DNA from: Deltaproteobacteria bacterium
GTDB taxonomy: Bacteria; Desulfobacterota; GWC2-55-46; UBA9637
NCBI GenBank assembly: GCA_016214995.1
Contig: JACRML010000058.1
Coordinates: 4,194-68,193, forward strand
DNA: 64,000 nt
Direction of reading: 5' to 3'
Shown here: positions 44,476-53,482 of the stretch, one piece after another
Layout: each line of letters starts with the position of its first letter
Numbering within the stretch: position 1 is the first letter of the stretch
Program-made: the position numbers and the translations under genes
The notes under the pieces: generated by a model
What the model saw: the letters and a program-made list of their open reading frames with translations, nothing else
Told to the model about the DNA's origin: nothing
Database searches by the model: none

Positions 44476-44546
44476 GTAGCTTGCCGATTTATCAACCTCC
44501 CCCTGTCCCCCTCATAGAGGGGGAGCGCCCATAAATGGGCAACTAC
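44476..44546. repeat. Bracket element GTAGCTTGCC...GGCAACTAC, copy 2
   Basis: Same outer stem and GCGCCCATAAATGGGC hairpin. The first inner hairpin is replaced by a CCTCCCCCTGTCCCCCTCATAGAGGGGGAG module. Confidence 0.8.
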
Positions 44547-44563
44547 ATAAGAGGAGGCAAATT

Positions 44564-45112
44564 ATGAAAAAGGTTTTAATGCCTTTGGCGCCAGGCTTTG
44601 AAGAAATAGAGGCGCTTGCTGTTGTGGATATATTAAGGAGGGCAGGAGTGGAGATAACAATGGCAGGAACGGCTGATAATCCTATTGAAGGGAGAAACAG
44701 GATAAAGGTTTTGGCAGATGCATCTCTGGAATCTGTCAAAGAACAGGACTTTGATATGATTGTCCTGCCGGGCGGCGCGGTTGGCACAGAAAATCTCAAA
44801 AAGGATATGCGGGTAAAAGAAATCGTAGAAAGGCTTTATAAAAAAGGCAGGTTCATTACCGCCATCTGCGCCGCGCCCACAGTGCTTTCTGCCATCGGCA
44901 TTACTGCCGGTAAAACCATTACAAGCCATCCTACGGTAAGAGCAAAATTGGAAAAAGAAAAAATCTCAGACCAAAGGGTTGTGGTTGACGGCAACATCAT
45001 TACCAGCCAGGGGCCGGGCACGGCCATAGAATTTGCATTTAAACTGGTAGAGGTTTTACTGGGGAGAGAAAAGGTTGCGGAAGTAAACAAAGGCGTGCTG
45101 GCGAAGATTTAA
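44564..45112 (+). CDS. DJ-1/PfpI family protein
   Basis: FEEIEALAVVDILRRAG..VLPGG..ITAICAAP with the nucleophile-elbow Cys. Confidence 0.8.
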   Translation: MKKVLMPLAPGFEEIEALAVVDILRRAGVEITMAGTADNPIEGRNRIKVLADASLESVKEQDFDMIVLPGGAVGTENLKKDMRVKEIVERLYKKGRFITAICAAPTVLSAIGITAGKTITSHPTVRAKLEKEKISDQRVVVDGNIITSQGPGTAIEFAFKLVEVLLGREKVAEVNKGVLAKI

Positions 45113-45164
45113 CTGCCACTTCCAACTAATCCTTAAGGGCAACTCAAGGCTTCATTACTGACTT

Positions 45165-45579
45165 TTATACCCTGACAACCTCCAACCCCTCAACACTCTC
45201 AAAATGCGCATCGGCAGTGATTATTGGAAGATTGTTTTCAATACAGACTGCCGCCTATCCATAGGTCATTTTCAGGGATTGGGCGCCCTTTTTGTTTTAG
45301 CTGTAATCTGATCGCAGAATATGGGTCAGCTGTCTTTCTTGTAATATTCAGGATGCGGCAGGTATCTATGAACTCATTGTAAGTTTTTAGGTTCTCTTTT
45401 GGACGGCCTGAATTTTTAGCGGCAAATAACAGTTCTGCAGTAACCGGCACAGGCAGATATATCATTGAGTTACGTGAAAGGAGATTTGTAACAACATTAT
45501 CATTTTTAAACAGCCGTATTACGATATTTGTATCAAGGCTAATCTTTCCATTCATCAGGATTAACCTTCTCAAACTCAT
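45165..45579 (-). pseudogene. vapC: PIN-domain toxin VapC with a 1-nt frameshift
   Basis: The track ORF ends ..ENDLWIGGSLY*. The next frame continues AAVCIENNLPIITADAHFESVEGLEVVRV* to 45165, restoring the canonical C-terminus with the fourth acidic residue. There is an extra G in ATAGGCGGC near 45250. Confidence 0.7.
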
Positions 45580-45769
45580 CGTCTACTGTCTTCATCATCT
45601 GATTTGCCTCTTCTTCTTTTAATATGCCGGCAAACCTTAAAATTGGATGAATGACTTTCTTTTCTATGCTGAGAGTCAATTCTACTTCTGCATTTTCCTC
45701 AATATCGTCTATCGGCTCCAAAGGCCTCAATATTCCATGTTCATAGACTGCATGCAATGTCTTAACCAT
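45539..45769 (-). CDS. AF2212/DUF104-like antitoxin (VapB role)
   Basis: AVYEHGILRPLEPIDDIEENAEVELTL matches the DUF104 antitoxin signature. Overlaps the vapC start. Confidence 0.65.
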   Translation of the reverse strand: MVKTLHAVYEHGILRPLEPIDDIEENAEVELTLSIEKKVIHPILRFAGILKEEEANQMMKTVDDEFEKVNPDEWKD

Positions 45770-45837
45770 TGTTGCCTCCTTTTGGAAGATTATATCAAAA
45801 AACCTGCTTCAAACAAGATGTTTGTTTTGTTTTTTCA

Positions 45838-47211
45838 TTAATCAACAAGGTATCCTCCTGTGACAGTCTGGATACTTCTGCAAACTACCCCCACAATTCT
45901 TTTAATGTCTTCTTTTGTTATGCTCAACGGCGGCATTATTACAATAGTGTCGCCGAGCGGTCTTATAATAAGACCATGTTTTCTTGTCTCCACGCAAACT
46001 TTATAGCCGACCCTTTCTTCCGTCTGAAAAGGCTCTTTTGTTCTTTTATTCCTGACCAACTCTATGCCGACAATAAGCCCCTTCTGCCGCACATCGCCCA
46101 CATGGGGCAGGGCTTTAAAACCTTCCAACAACCCAGATAATAATACAATCTTCGGTTTAAGTTTTTGTATGGTTCTTTCTTTTTTAAATATGTTTAGATT
46201 GGCTATAGCTGCCGCGCATCCCAATGGATTGCCTGTATAGGTATGTCCGTGGAAAAATGTTTTAAATTCTTCGTATTTACCAAGAAATGCCTTGTAAATC
46301 TTGTTTGTCGTAAGCGTTGCTGCAAGCGGCAGATAACCTCCGGTTATGCCCTTTGCAAGACAGAGAAAATCAGGGGGGACATTTTCATGCTCGCACGCAA
46401 AGAGTTTTCCGGTTCTTCCAAAACCCGTTGCAACCTCATCGGCAATGAGCAAGATATTATATTTTGTGCAGAGCCTTCTTACCTCTTTTAAAAACCCAGG
46501 GGGTGAGACAATCATACCCGCAGCCCCTTGCACAATTGGCTCAATGATGCACGCCGCTATTTCTCTGTGATATTTTTTTAAAATCTCCTCAAACTTTTTT
46601 ATGCAGGCAATCTTGCATGACGGATATTTCTTGTCTATCGGGCATCTGTAACAATACGGATAATATGCCTTGTATGTTGGAAATAACAGCGGTTTGTATT
46701 TTTCTACAAACACATCAATCTCGCCGACACTCATTGAGCCGAATGTATCGCCGTGATATGCGCCAGTGAAGGCAACAAACTTGGTTCGGGAGTTTGAGTT
46801 CAGAGTTTGGCGTTGCCTCCAGTACTGAAACGCCATTTTCAAAGCTATCTCCACAGCAGTAGAGCCGTTGTCCGAATAAAAGACCTTTGTCAAACCCTTT
46901 GGCGCAATCTTTACAAGTTTTTCGGCTAATTCAATTGAAGGCGCATTGCCAAGCCCCAAAAGTGTTGAGTGGCTTATTTTATCAACCTGTTTTTTTATCG
47001 CATCATTTATTTCTTTTTTCCTGTGGCCGTGCACATTGACCCATAGAGATGAAGTCCCGTCAAAATATTTTTTGCCATAGGTGTCAATAAGATAATTCCC
47101 CTTGCCCGTTTCAATGATGATAGGTGTTTCCCTTTCCCATTCCCTCATCTGCGTGAACGGATGCCAGAGGTGTTTTTTGTCAATGGTGTCAAGCCTTTTA
47201 TTTTTCCGCAT
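45838..47211 (-). CDS. bioA: Adenosylmethionine-8-amino-7-oxononanoate aminotransferase
   Basis: KKHLWHPFTQM N-terminus, class-III aminotransferase, DEVATGFGRTG motif. Start set at ATG 47211. Confidence 0.88.
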   Translation of the reverse strand: MRKNKRLDTIDKKHLWHPFTQMREWERETPIIIETGKGNYLIDTYGKKYFDGTSSLWVNVHGHRKKEINDAIKKQVDKISHSTLLGLGNAPSIELAEKLVKIAPKGLTKVFYSDNGSTAVEIALKMAFQYWRQRQTLNSNSRTKFVAFTGAYHGDTFGSMSVGEIDVFVEKYKPLLFPTYKAYYPYCYRCPIDKKYPSCKIACIKKFEEILKKYHREIAACIIEPIVQGAAGMIVSPPGFLKEVRRLCTKYNILLIADEVATGFGRTGKLFACEHENVPPDFLCLAKGITGGYLPLAATLTTNKIYKAFLGKYEEFKTFFHGHTYTGNPLGCAAAIANLNIFKKERTIQKLKPKIVLLSGLLEGFKALPHVGDVRQKGLIVGIELVRNKRTKEPFQTEERVGYKVCVETRKHGLIIRPLGDTIVIMPPLSITKEDIKRIVGVVCRSIQTVTGGYLVD

Positions 47212-48073
47212 GGACAAACATAACCTCATAAGTGGCATAGACATAGTTGCAGGTTGCAAGTTGCAAGTCTTGAGTCTTGAATCTATCTTTATAGATTTCT
47301 GCCATTGTCTTTAACAAAGAGCCTCTGCCAAGACTTTTATCACCATCTTTGAATGGATTGCCTGCGCCAATGGATTTCATGGTTTTTAACAATGCCCACA
47401 TATCAGGATAGGTCTTCATCATCTTCGTTGTTTCAATGGATATGTTTTTAAAGCCCACACTTTCAAGAACGGATTGGATGGCCTTCTTTTCTGAAAAATC
47501 CATAAATGGCGGCAGGCCATTTTTATTAAATTTGGCCAATGTCTTGGCATAACAATACCTTAATTCCTTCAATGTCTCTGGCCCAAGGGTAGAAAACATG
47601 AATATGCCGCCGGGTCTCAAAATCCGGTGCGCCTCTTTAAAAGACCCTTCTAAATTGCCAATCCACTGGTATGTAAGATTTGAAGCTGCGATATCAAAGG
47701 TATCATTCTTGCAAGGTAATATTTCTCCGTCAGTGGTTATAAGATGTATTTTTTTATCCCTTGCAACTTGTAACTTGCAACTCGCAACTTTGAGCATATC
47801 ATGGCTGATATCACAGCCGAATATATCTGCATCCGGAAATTTATCTGCAAGACCGTATGAAAGAAAGCCTGTGCCGCAACCGATGTCAATAATAGTGGTG
47901 AGTGATGAGTGGTGAGTGTTAAGTGGTAAGACAAAACTATTCAATAGTTCATCTGCTACTTCTTTTTGGAAAAGAGCAATGGTGTCGTACTTGATTGCGG
48001 CTTTTGAGAACGATGCTCGTATCTTGTCTTTTAATTGCCGACCCCTGAATGCTGGTTGCTGATAGCTGCTCAT
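47198..48073 (-). CDS. bioC: Malonyl-ACP O-methyltransferase
   Basis: SAM motif IIDIGCGTGFLS. Lies in the bio operon. Carries three in-frame repeat arrays. Confidence 0.8.
   Translation of the reverse strand: MSSYQQPAFRGRQLKDKIRASFSKAAIKYDTIALFQKEVADELLNSFVLPLNTHHSSLTTIIDIGCGTGFLSYGLADKFPDADIFGCDISHDMLKVASCKLQVARDKKIHLITTDGEILPCKNDTFDIAASNLTYQWIGNLEGSFKEAHRILRPGGIFMFSTLGPETLKELRYCYAKTLAKFNKNGLPPFMDFSEKKAIQSVLESVGFKNISIETTKMMKTYPDMWALLKTMKSIGAGNPFKDGDKSLGRGSLLKTMAEIYKDRFKTQDLQLATCNYVYATYEVMFVHAEK
47246..47280. repeat. Heptamer array GTTGCAG/GTTGCAA/GTCTTGA in frame in bioC
   Basis: Encodes TQDLQLATCN near the C-terminus. It is the reverse complement of the array at 47760-47791. Confidence 0.85.
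47760..47791. repeat. Heptamer array CTTGCAA/CTTGTAA in frame in bioC
   Basis: Encodes (A)SCKLQVARDK. Confidence 0.85.
47894..47930. repeat. Heptamer array GGTGAGT/GATGAGT in frame in bioC
   Basis: Encodes LPLNTHHSSLTT immediately before the SAM-binding motif. Confidence 0.85.
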
Positions 48074-48951
48074 AATGTCTCTATGAAACCTTTTACAATT
48101 TTGTTGAACTCTTTCGGCCTTGTCAAAAACGGGGCATGGCCTGCGTCTTTGAATATCTCAAGCCTTGCATCAGGCAGATTCTTAGCAAGATACCTTCCGG
48201 TATCAACAGGGCAGACATTATCTTTTTCGCCGTGCATGATAAGAGCAGGAATCTTTATATCAGGAATAATATCCTTTAAATCAATTGCCAAAAGCGCCTC
48301 AAGGGATGTAACAGCGCTATCACAAAAGGGTTTCGTGCGAGGTTTTTTATAAAGCTCTATAAACCATCTTGCGTCAGGGCTTAAAAGTTCATCCTCTGTA
48401 AAATTCAATGGATAAAACCTCTCCATTGTTCCTGCAAAGTTCTTCTTCATATCCTTGAGCATCCGTTTTGCCACACCTGCAGATTGCCCAAATAGAAAAT
48501 CTCTTTTTGCAGTAAAACATGGCGATACTCCGATGAGCACTAGTCCTTTAAAGCAGCCGGGCATTTTTGCTGCTACTTCTAAAAGGGTCTGACCGCCCAG
48601 AGACCAGCCGATGCCGATAAAACCAGTGAACTGTGAATCGTGAACTGTAAACTGTAAAAGCTTTTCAACGGCAGGCTTAAGTGTTGGTTCAAACCATACA
48701 TCTGTTTCGCCGTGTCCGGGAAGGTCTATGGTAATGACCTGATGATTTTTTGAAAATTCTTCTAACTGATATTTCCATACCCTTGAATCTGTTGCCCAGC
48801 CGTGGAGGAAGAGAAGTGCGGAATCGGGGAAAGAGCGACAGGGAGAATCGGAGAAAGAAAGAATTCTCTGTTTCCCCGTTTCCCCGTTTCCCCGTTTCTC
48901 TATTTCCCGCTGTCGCTCTTTAATTTCTGTAGCTTTAAGCAAAATTAGCAA
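48070..48951 (-). CDS. bioH: Pimeloyl-ACP methyl ester esterase (BioH-like alpha/beta hydrolase)
   Basis: LFLHGW oxyanion motif and GWSLGG nucleophile elbow, as in E. coli BioH. Lies between bioF and bioC. The roughly 35-aa N-terminal extension is encoded by the hairpin at 48821-48921. Confidence 0.75.
   Translation of the reverse strand: MLILLKATEIKERQREIEKRGNGETGKQRILSFSDSPCRSFPDSALLFLHGWATDSRVWKYQLEEFSKNHQVITIDLPGHGETDVWFEPTLKPAVEKLLQFTVHDSQFTGFIGIGWSLGGQTLLEVAAKMPGCFKGLVLIGVSPCFTAKRDFLFGQSAGVAKRMLKDMKKNFAGTMERFYPLNFTEDELLSPDARWFIELYKKPRTKPFCDSAVTSLEALLAIDLKDIIPDIKIPALIMHGEKDNVCPVDTGRYLAKNLPDARLEIFKDAGHAPFLTRPKEFNKIVKGFIETL
48625..48660. repeat. Heptamer array GTGAACT/GTGAATC/GTAAACT in frame in bioH
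   Basis: Encodes LQFTVHDSQFTG. Confidence 0.85.
48821..48921. repeat. ~100-nt hairpin with (CCCCGTTT)x3 core in the bioH 5' coding region
   Basis: AAAGAGCGACAGGG pairs with CCCGCTGTCGCTCTTT, and GGGGAAA pairs with TTTCCCC. There is no alternative start codon downstream of it before the LFLHGW motif. Confidence 0.8.
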
Positions 48952-50137
48952 CCGTTTCCTTTATGGTTTCCAGTGCATATTCCAAATCGTCCCATGAGTG
49001 GTTTGCCATCAGGGTAATTCTCAGCCTGCTTGTATTGTCTGGAACTGTTGGCGGTCTTATGGCCTGAACAAATATCCCTTTATCCAGAAGGTTCTTGCTT
49101 ATCTGAACTGCCTTGTCAGCCTTGCCAATCAATACGGGAATAATCTGTGTTTCTGAATTCATAATATCAAGGCCTGCGTTTTTAAGGCCGTCCCTAAAGA
49201 ACTTAACCCTATCCCATAAATTCTGTCTTAACTGCGGTTCATTTTCTATTATATCTATTGCAGCAATGCTCGCTGCGCATACAGACGGAGGAAGGCTTGT
49301 GGTATAGATAAAAGAGCGGGCTTTATTTATGAGATAGTCTATAAGTTTTTTACTGCCCGCTGCATAAGCTCCGAAACAGCCCAGCGCCTTTCCGAGTGTT
49401 CCCATCTGGATTATGCTTGTCCCGTTATGTCTTAAAACGGGATTTGGATTATCTATGCCAAAATGCTCTAATGTTCCTTTGCCATTGCTGCCAAGAACCC
49501 CTGTTGCATGGGCATCGTCAACCATGAGCATACAACCATATCTATCTGCCAGTTCTGAAAGTTCTTTTAAGGGGGCGATGTCTCCGTCCATGCTGAAAAT
49601 GCCGTCGGTAATGATGAGTTTGGAGTTTGGAGTTCGGAGTTCGGAGTTCTTTTTCAGGAGACCTTCCAGCGCATTTACATCGCCATGTGGATACCGCTTA
49701 ACCTCTGCCCTGCTCAGGATGCAGGCATCCACAATTGAGGCATGGTTTAATTTATCTGAAAATATTAAATCGCCTCTGCCAGCAAGGGCTGTAATAATTC
49801 CGATATTTGCATGATAGCCTGAATTGAATACAAGTGCTGCCTCTGTGCCTTTGAATCTGGCAAGCCTTTGTTCAAGCTCATTATGAGGCTCCATATTGCC
49901 TGATACAAGTCTTGATGCGCCAGAGCCAAAACCATATTTTTCAATGGCCAAGATTGCAGCCTCTTTTATTTTTGGATGGTTGGCAAGTCCGAGATAGTTG
50001 TTAGAGCAGAGGAGGATAACATCTTTACCATCTATATTTACCCTCGGCTCCTGCTTTCTTTCTATAAGACGCAGATTGCGATAGAGACCGGCATTTTTGA
50101 GCCGAGATAGTTCTTTGTCTATAAGATTTGTCAACAT
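48935..50137 (-). CDS. bioF: 8-amino-7-oxononanoate synthase
   Basis: Class-II aminotransferase fold, DDAHATGVLG, and a PLP-lysine context TLGKALG. Confidence 0.88.
   Translation of the reverse strand: MLTNLIDKELSRLKNAGLYRNLRLIERKQEPRVNIDGKDVILLCSNNYLGLANHPKIKEAAILAIEKYGFGSGASRLVSGNMEPHNELEQRLARFKGTEAALVFNSGYHANIGIITALAGRGDLIFSDKLNHASIVDACILSRAEVKRYPHGDVNALEGLLKKNSELRTPNSKLIITDGIFSMDGDIAPLKELSELADRYGCMLMVDDAHATGVLGSNGKGTLEHFGIDNPNPVLRHNGTSIIQMGTLGKALGCFGAYAAGSKKLIDYLINKARSFIYTTSLPPSVCAASIAAIDIIENEPQLRQNLWDRVKFFRDGLKNAGLDIMNSETQIIPVLIGKADKAVQISKNLLDKGIFVQAIRPPTVPDNTSRLRITLMANHSWDDLEYALETIKETVANFA
49616..49649. repeat. Heptamer array (GGAGTTT/GGAGTTC)x5 in frame in bioF
   Basis: Encodes KNSELRTPNSKL. 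Confidence 0.85.
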
Positions 50138-50214
50138 TGTAGAAAAGTGTTAAAGTGTCAAAATATCGGAGTAAAACTTTGACTCTACGACACTTTGATG
50201 CTCTGATACTTCTT

Positions 50215-51198
50215 CTATCTTTTTGGCGTCAACCCCAAATCCTTCACCATCTGTAAATCCTCTTCCGGCGGTCTCCCCAGAGTTGTGAGATAATTCCCGA
50301 TCATCATGCCATTTGCGCCTGCTGCAAATATCAGACATTGCATGTCTCTGAGATTAGCCTGTCTTCCGCCGCAGATGACGATATCCTTTGCCGGAAGCAT
50401 AAAACGAAAAAGTGCAATTATTTTGAGGCATTCTATTGGGGTTAAATTGTTTGCATTTTCCAGAGGTGTCCCCGGCCTTGGATTTAAGAAATTTATGGGA
50501 ATGGAATCAACATCCAGCCCCCGAAGGGTCGTTGCCAGTTCTACCCTCTGTTCTCGTGATTCGCCGAGGCCAAACACTCCGCCGCAGCATGTATAAAGCC
50601 CAAGCCTTTTGGCTGTTCTTACGGTGTTGACATCTTCTTCATAATCATGGGTTGTGCATATATTGGGGAAAAAGCTTCTGGCTGTTTCAAGATTGTGGTG
50701 GTAGCTTTGAAGGCCTGCGTCTTTTAGTTTCTGCAGGGTTTCGGCATTCATAATGCCAAGAGAGGCGCATCTTTCCACAGGCATTTCATTTTTCATGTTT
50801 TTAAGCGCCTCAATAAGTACAGCAACATCACTGTCTTTATTGACTGATGTGCCGCTGGTTACAATAGAAAACTCCCTTGCGCCGTTCAGTGAAGCAGCCT
50901 TTGCTGTCTCAACAATCTTTTGAGGCTCTGTCATTGGATATGTCTTAACGCCTGTATCATAATGAACAGACTGGCTGCAAAAGGTGCAGTTCTCTGCACA
51001 AAGCCCGCTCTTTGCATTTATTATGGAGCAGAGATTTACCTCATTGCCTTTGAAAAACTTGCGAACCTTTTCGCTGGAGGCAAGGATATCAAAGAAGTGG
51101 CTAACCGGCAGATTTATCAGCTCACACCCTTCATCATAGGAAAGGCCTTCTCCTTTCAGGGCCTTCTCCTCAAACCGCTTTATAGTTGCTCTAATCAT
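50215..51198 (-). CDS. bioB: Biotin synthase
   Basis: Radical SAM CAENCTFC motif. The start is likely ATG 51198 (or 51216). The track ORF extends to 51432 across the divergent promoter region. Confidence 0.88.
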   Translation of the reverse strand: MIRATIKRFEEKALKGEGLSYDEGCELINLPVSHFFDILASSEKVRKFFKGNEVNLCSIINAKSGLCAENCTFCSQSVHYDTGVKTYPMTEPQKIVETAKAASLNGAREFSIVTSGTSVNKDSDVAVLIEALKNMKNEMPVERCASLGIMNAETLQKLKDAGLQSYHHNLETARSFFPNICTTHDYEEDVNTVRTAKRLGLYTCCGGVFGLGESREQRVELATTLRGLDVDSIPINFLNPRPGTPLENANNLTPIECLKIIALFRFMLPAKDIVICGGRQANLRDMQCLIFAAGANGMMIGNYLTTLGRPPEEDLQMVKDLGLTPKR

Positions 51199-51228
51199 AG
51201 CGAATTTTAATAACATACGGCCGAAGGT

Positions 51229-51263
51229 ATTGTCAACCAATATAAGTATATATGGTTGACAAT
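51229..51263. promoter_or_regulatory. BirA-type operator (bioO-like) in the bioB-nadB divergent region
   Basis: Perfect inverted repeat ATTGTCAACCA-N13-TGGTTGACAAT, i.e. TGTCAACC-N15-GGTTGACA. A third GGTTGACA half-site lies at 51270-51277. Confidence 0.7.
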
Positions 51264-51301
51264 GTGGGTGGTTGACATTTTTATTATAATATCTTACGCT
51301 T

Positions 51302-52897
51302 TTGAACATGGAAGTAAAATCAGACTTTCTTGTCATAGGAAGCGGGATAGCAGGCCTAAGTTTTGCGCTAAAGGCTGCAAAATTTGGAACTGTCTCTCTG
51401 GTTACAAAACGGGAAGAACGGGAATCCGCCACCTTCTATGCCCAGGGAGGCATAGCATCAGTTCTTAGCGCCGAGGATAGTTTTGAAGCCCATATAAAGG
51501 ATACTATAAAGGCAGGCGCCGGCCTGTGTCATCCCGCTATTGTTGAAATGGTGGTAAAAGACGGCCCAAGCCGGACATTAGAGCTGATGGAACTCGGCGC
51601 GCATTTTACCAAAAGGGTGGTAAATAACGTAGAAGAGTTAGACCTTGGAAAAGAAGGCGGCCATTCAAAGCGGCGGATAGTTCATGCAAAAGATATGACA
51701 GGTCAGGAGATAGAGGAAGCGCTTTTAAAAGCCGCTAAAGCCGAGAAAAATATCACCATCTATGAAAATCACATTGCAATAGATCTGATAACCCATTCCA
51801 AATTCGTGGAAAAGCTGAACGGCGATACCTGCTGGGGCGCTTATATACTGAATAAAAAGAGCGGCGATGTCCACACATTTTTAGCCAAGGGCACAATCCT
51901 TGCCACCGGCGGGGCAGGAAAGGTTTATCTGTTTACCAGCAATCCCGATATTGCAACAGGAGACGGCATTGCAATGGCACGCAGGGCAGGCGCAAGCATA
52001 GCGAATATGGAATTCATTCAATTCCACCCGACCTGCCTGTATCATTCCAAAGCCAAAAGCTTTCTAATTTCTGAGGCAGTAAGAGGCGAAGGCGGCATCT
52101 TAAGGCTAAAAGACGGGACACCATTCATGGCAAATTATCATCCTATGAAAGATCTGGCCCCGCGGGATATTGTTGCGCGGGCTATTGACTTTGAGCTTAA
52201 AAAAAGCGGCGCCGACTGCGTTTATCTGGACATAACACATAAAGACCCTGCATTTATAAAAACACGATTCCCAAACCTATATGAAAAGTGCCTTTGCTTT
52301 GGTTTTGATATGACAAAAGAACCTATCCCGGTGGTTCCTGCTGCGCATTATATCTGCGGAGGGGTTTTGACAAATGATTGCGGCGAAAGTTCAATTAAAA
52401 GGCTCTTTGCCATCGGTGAAACGGCCTGCACAGGTCTGCATGGAGCCAACCGCCTGGCATCCAACTCACTTTTGGAAGCGATTGTTTTTGCAAACAGGAC
52501 GTGCATCAAGGCAAAAGAGCTTGCTGCCAAAGATGCCGCAATTCCAGGAATACCGGCATGGCAGACAGGTGGAGCAGTCAACAGCGACGAGGCTGTTATC
52601 ATCTCGCAAAACTGGGATGAGGTAAGGCGGTTTATGTGGAATTATGTCGGCATAGCCCGTTCAAATAAAAGGTTAGACAGGGCGCACAGACGGATAGAAA
52701 ATCTCAAAGCCGAAATAAACGAATATTACTGGAATTTTACTGTAACAAGCGACCTCCTTGAGCTGAGAAATATTGCTACAGTAGCAGAGCTTATTATAAA
52801 ATGTGCTATGATGAGAAAGGAGAGCCGGGGTCTTCATTATAATATAGACTACCCGGAAACAGACGACAAAAATTGGAAAAGGGATACAATTATATGA
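51302..52897 (+). CDS. nadB: L-aspartate oxidase
   Basis: [18 protein letters not shown] motif and the [18 protein letters not shown] signatures. Confidence 0.9.
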   Translation: MNMEVKSDFLVIGSGIAGLSFALKAAKFGTVSLVTKREERESATFYAQGGIASVLSAEDSFEAHIKDTIKAGAGLCHPAIVEMVVKDGPSRTLELMELGAHFTKRVVNNVEELDLGKEGGHSKRRIVHAKDMTGQEIEEALLKAAKAEKNITIYENHIAIDLITHSKFVEKLNGDTCWGAYILNKKSGDVHTFLAKGTILATGGAGKVYLFTSNPDIATGDGIAMARRAGASIANMEFIQFHPTCLYHSKAKSFLISEAVRGEGGILRLKDGTPFMANYHPMKDLAPRDIVARAIDFELKKSGADCVYLDITHKDPAFIKTRFPNLYEKCLCFGFDMTKEPIPVVPAAHYICGGVLTNDCGESSIKRLFAIGETACTGLHGANRLASNSLLEAIVFANRTCIKAKELAAKDAAIPGIPAWQTGGAVNSDEAVIISQNWDEVRRFMWNYVGIARSNKRLDRAHRRIENLKAEINEYYWNFTVTSDLLELRNIATVAELIIKCAMMRKESRGLHYNIDYPETDDKNWKRDTII

Positions 52898-53307
52898 AGA
52901 CATTTACAGAATATCTCTACATGGAAACCAAGAAAAAGAGAGAATATATCAATGTTACAGATAAAGTAGAAGATATTGTAAAAAAGAGCGGCATTGAAGA
53001 CGGGATGGCGCTTGTGTCTGCCATGCATATAACCGCAGGGGTTTATGTAAATGACGCAGAATCAGGGCTTATTCAGGATATAGATGATTGGCTTCAGAGG
53101 CTCGCCCCGGAGGGGCTGGACTACAGACATCATAGAACAGGTGAGACCAATGGTGATGCACATTTGAAGAATCTGCTTATCGGTCATCAGATAATTATTC
53201 CCGTAACAAAAGGGCGGCTTGATTTGGGCCCCTGGCAGCAGGTCTATTATGCAGAATTTGACGGTCAGAGGAAAAAAAGGGTAGTTGTGAAGGTGATGGG
53301 GAAATAG
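52894..53307 (+). CDS. yjbQ: YjbQ/UPF0047 family protein (secondary thiamine-phosphate synthase-like)
   Basis: [36 protein letters not shown] motifs. ATGA overlap with the nadB stop. Confidence 0.8.
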   Translation: MKTFTEYLYMETKKKREYINVTDKVEDIVKKSGIEDGMALVSAMHITAGVYVNDAESGLIQDIDDWLQRLAPEGLDYRHHRTGETNGDAHLKNLLIGHQIIIPVTKGRLDLGPWQQVYYAEFDGQRKKRVVVKVMGK

Positions 53308-53315
53308 TAAATACA

Positions 53316-53474
53316 GTAGGCAGTATGCAGTAAGGAGTATGCAGTAAAAAAACAGAAGATGATAGGTTGAGAAATTGAGAAGTTAAGAATTTTCACCCTC
53401 TTGTCGTTTCAGTTTCTTATCCTCTTAACTTCTTTTCCTCTTTTCTGCCTACTGCTTACTGTCTACTGCCTACT
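53316..53474. terminator. ~160-nt imperfect hairpin between convergent genes, arms built of heptamer repeats
   Basis: AGTAGGCAGTATGCAGTAAGGAGTATGCAGTA..GAGAAGTTAAGAA pairs with TTCTTATCCTCTTAACTTC..TACTGCTTACTGTCTACTGCCTACT. Confidence 0.6.
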
Positions 53475-53482
53475 TTTTAAGA

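Noticed and set aside
50138-50214. The AAAGTGTCAAAA / AAACTTTGACTC / ACACTTTGATGC words between bioB and bioF were considered as a protein-binding site array.
   Set aside because: They belong to the same low-complexity hairpin-word class seen at 63075-63145. There is no consistent spacing or palindrome to suggest an operator. They are kept only as part of the general repeat phenomenon.
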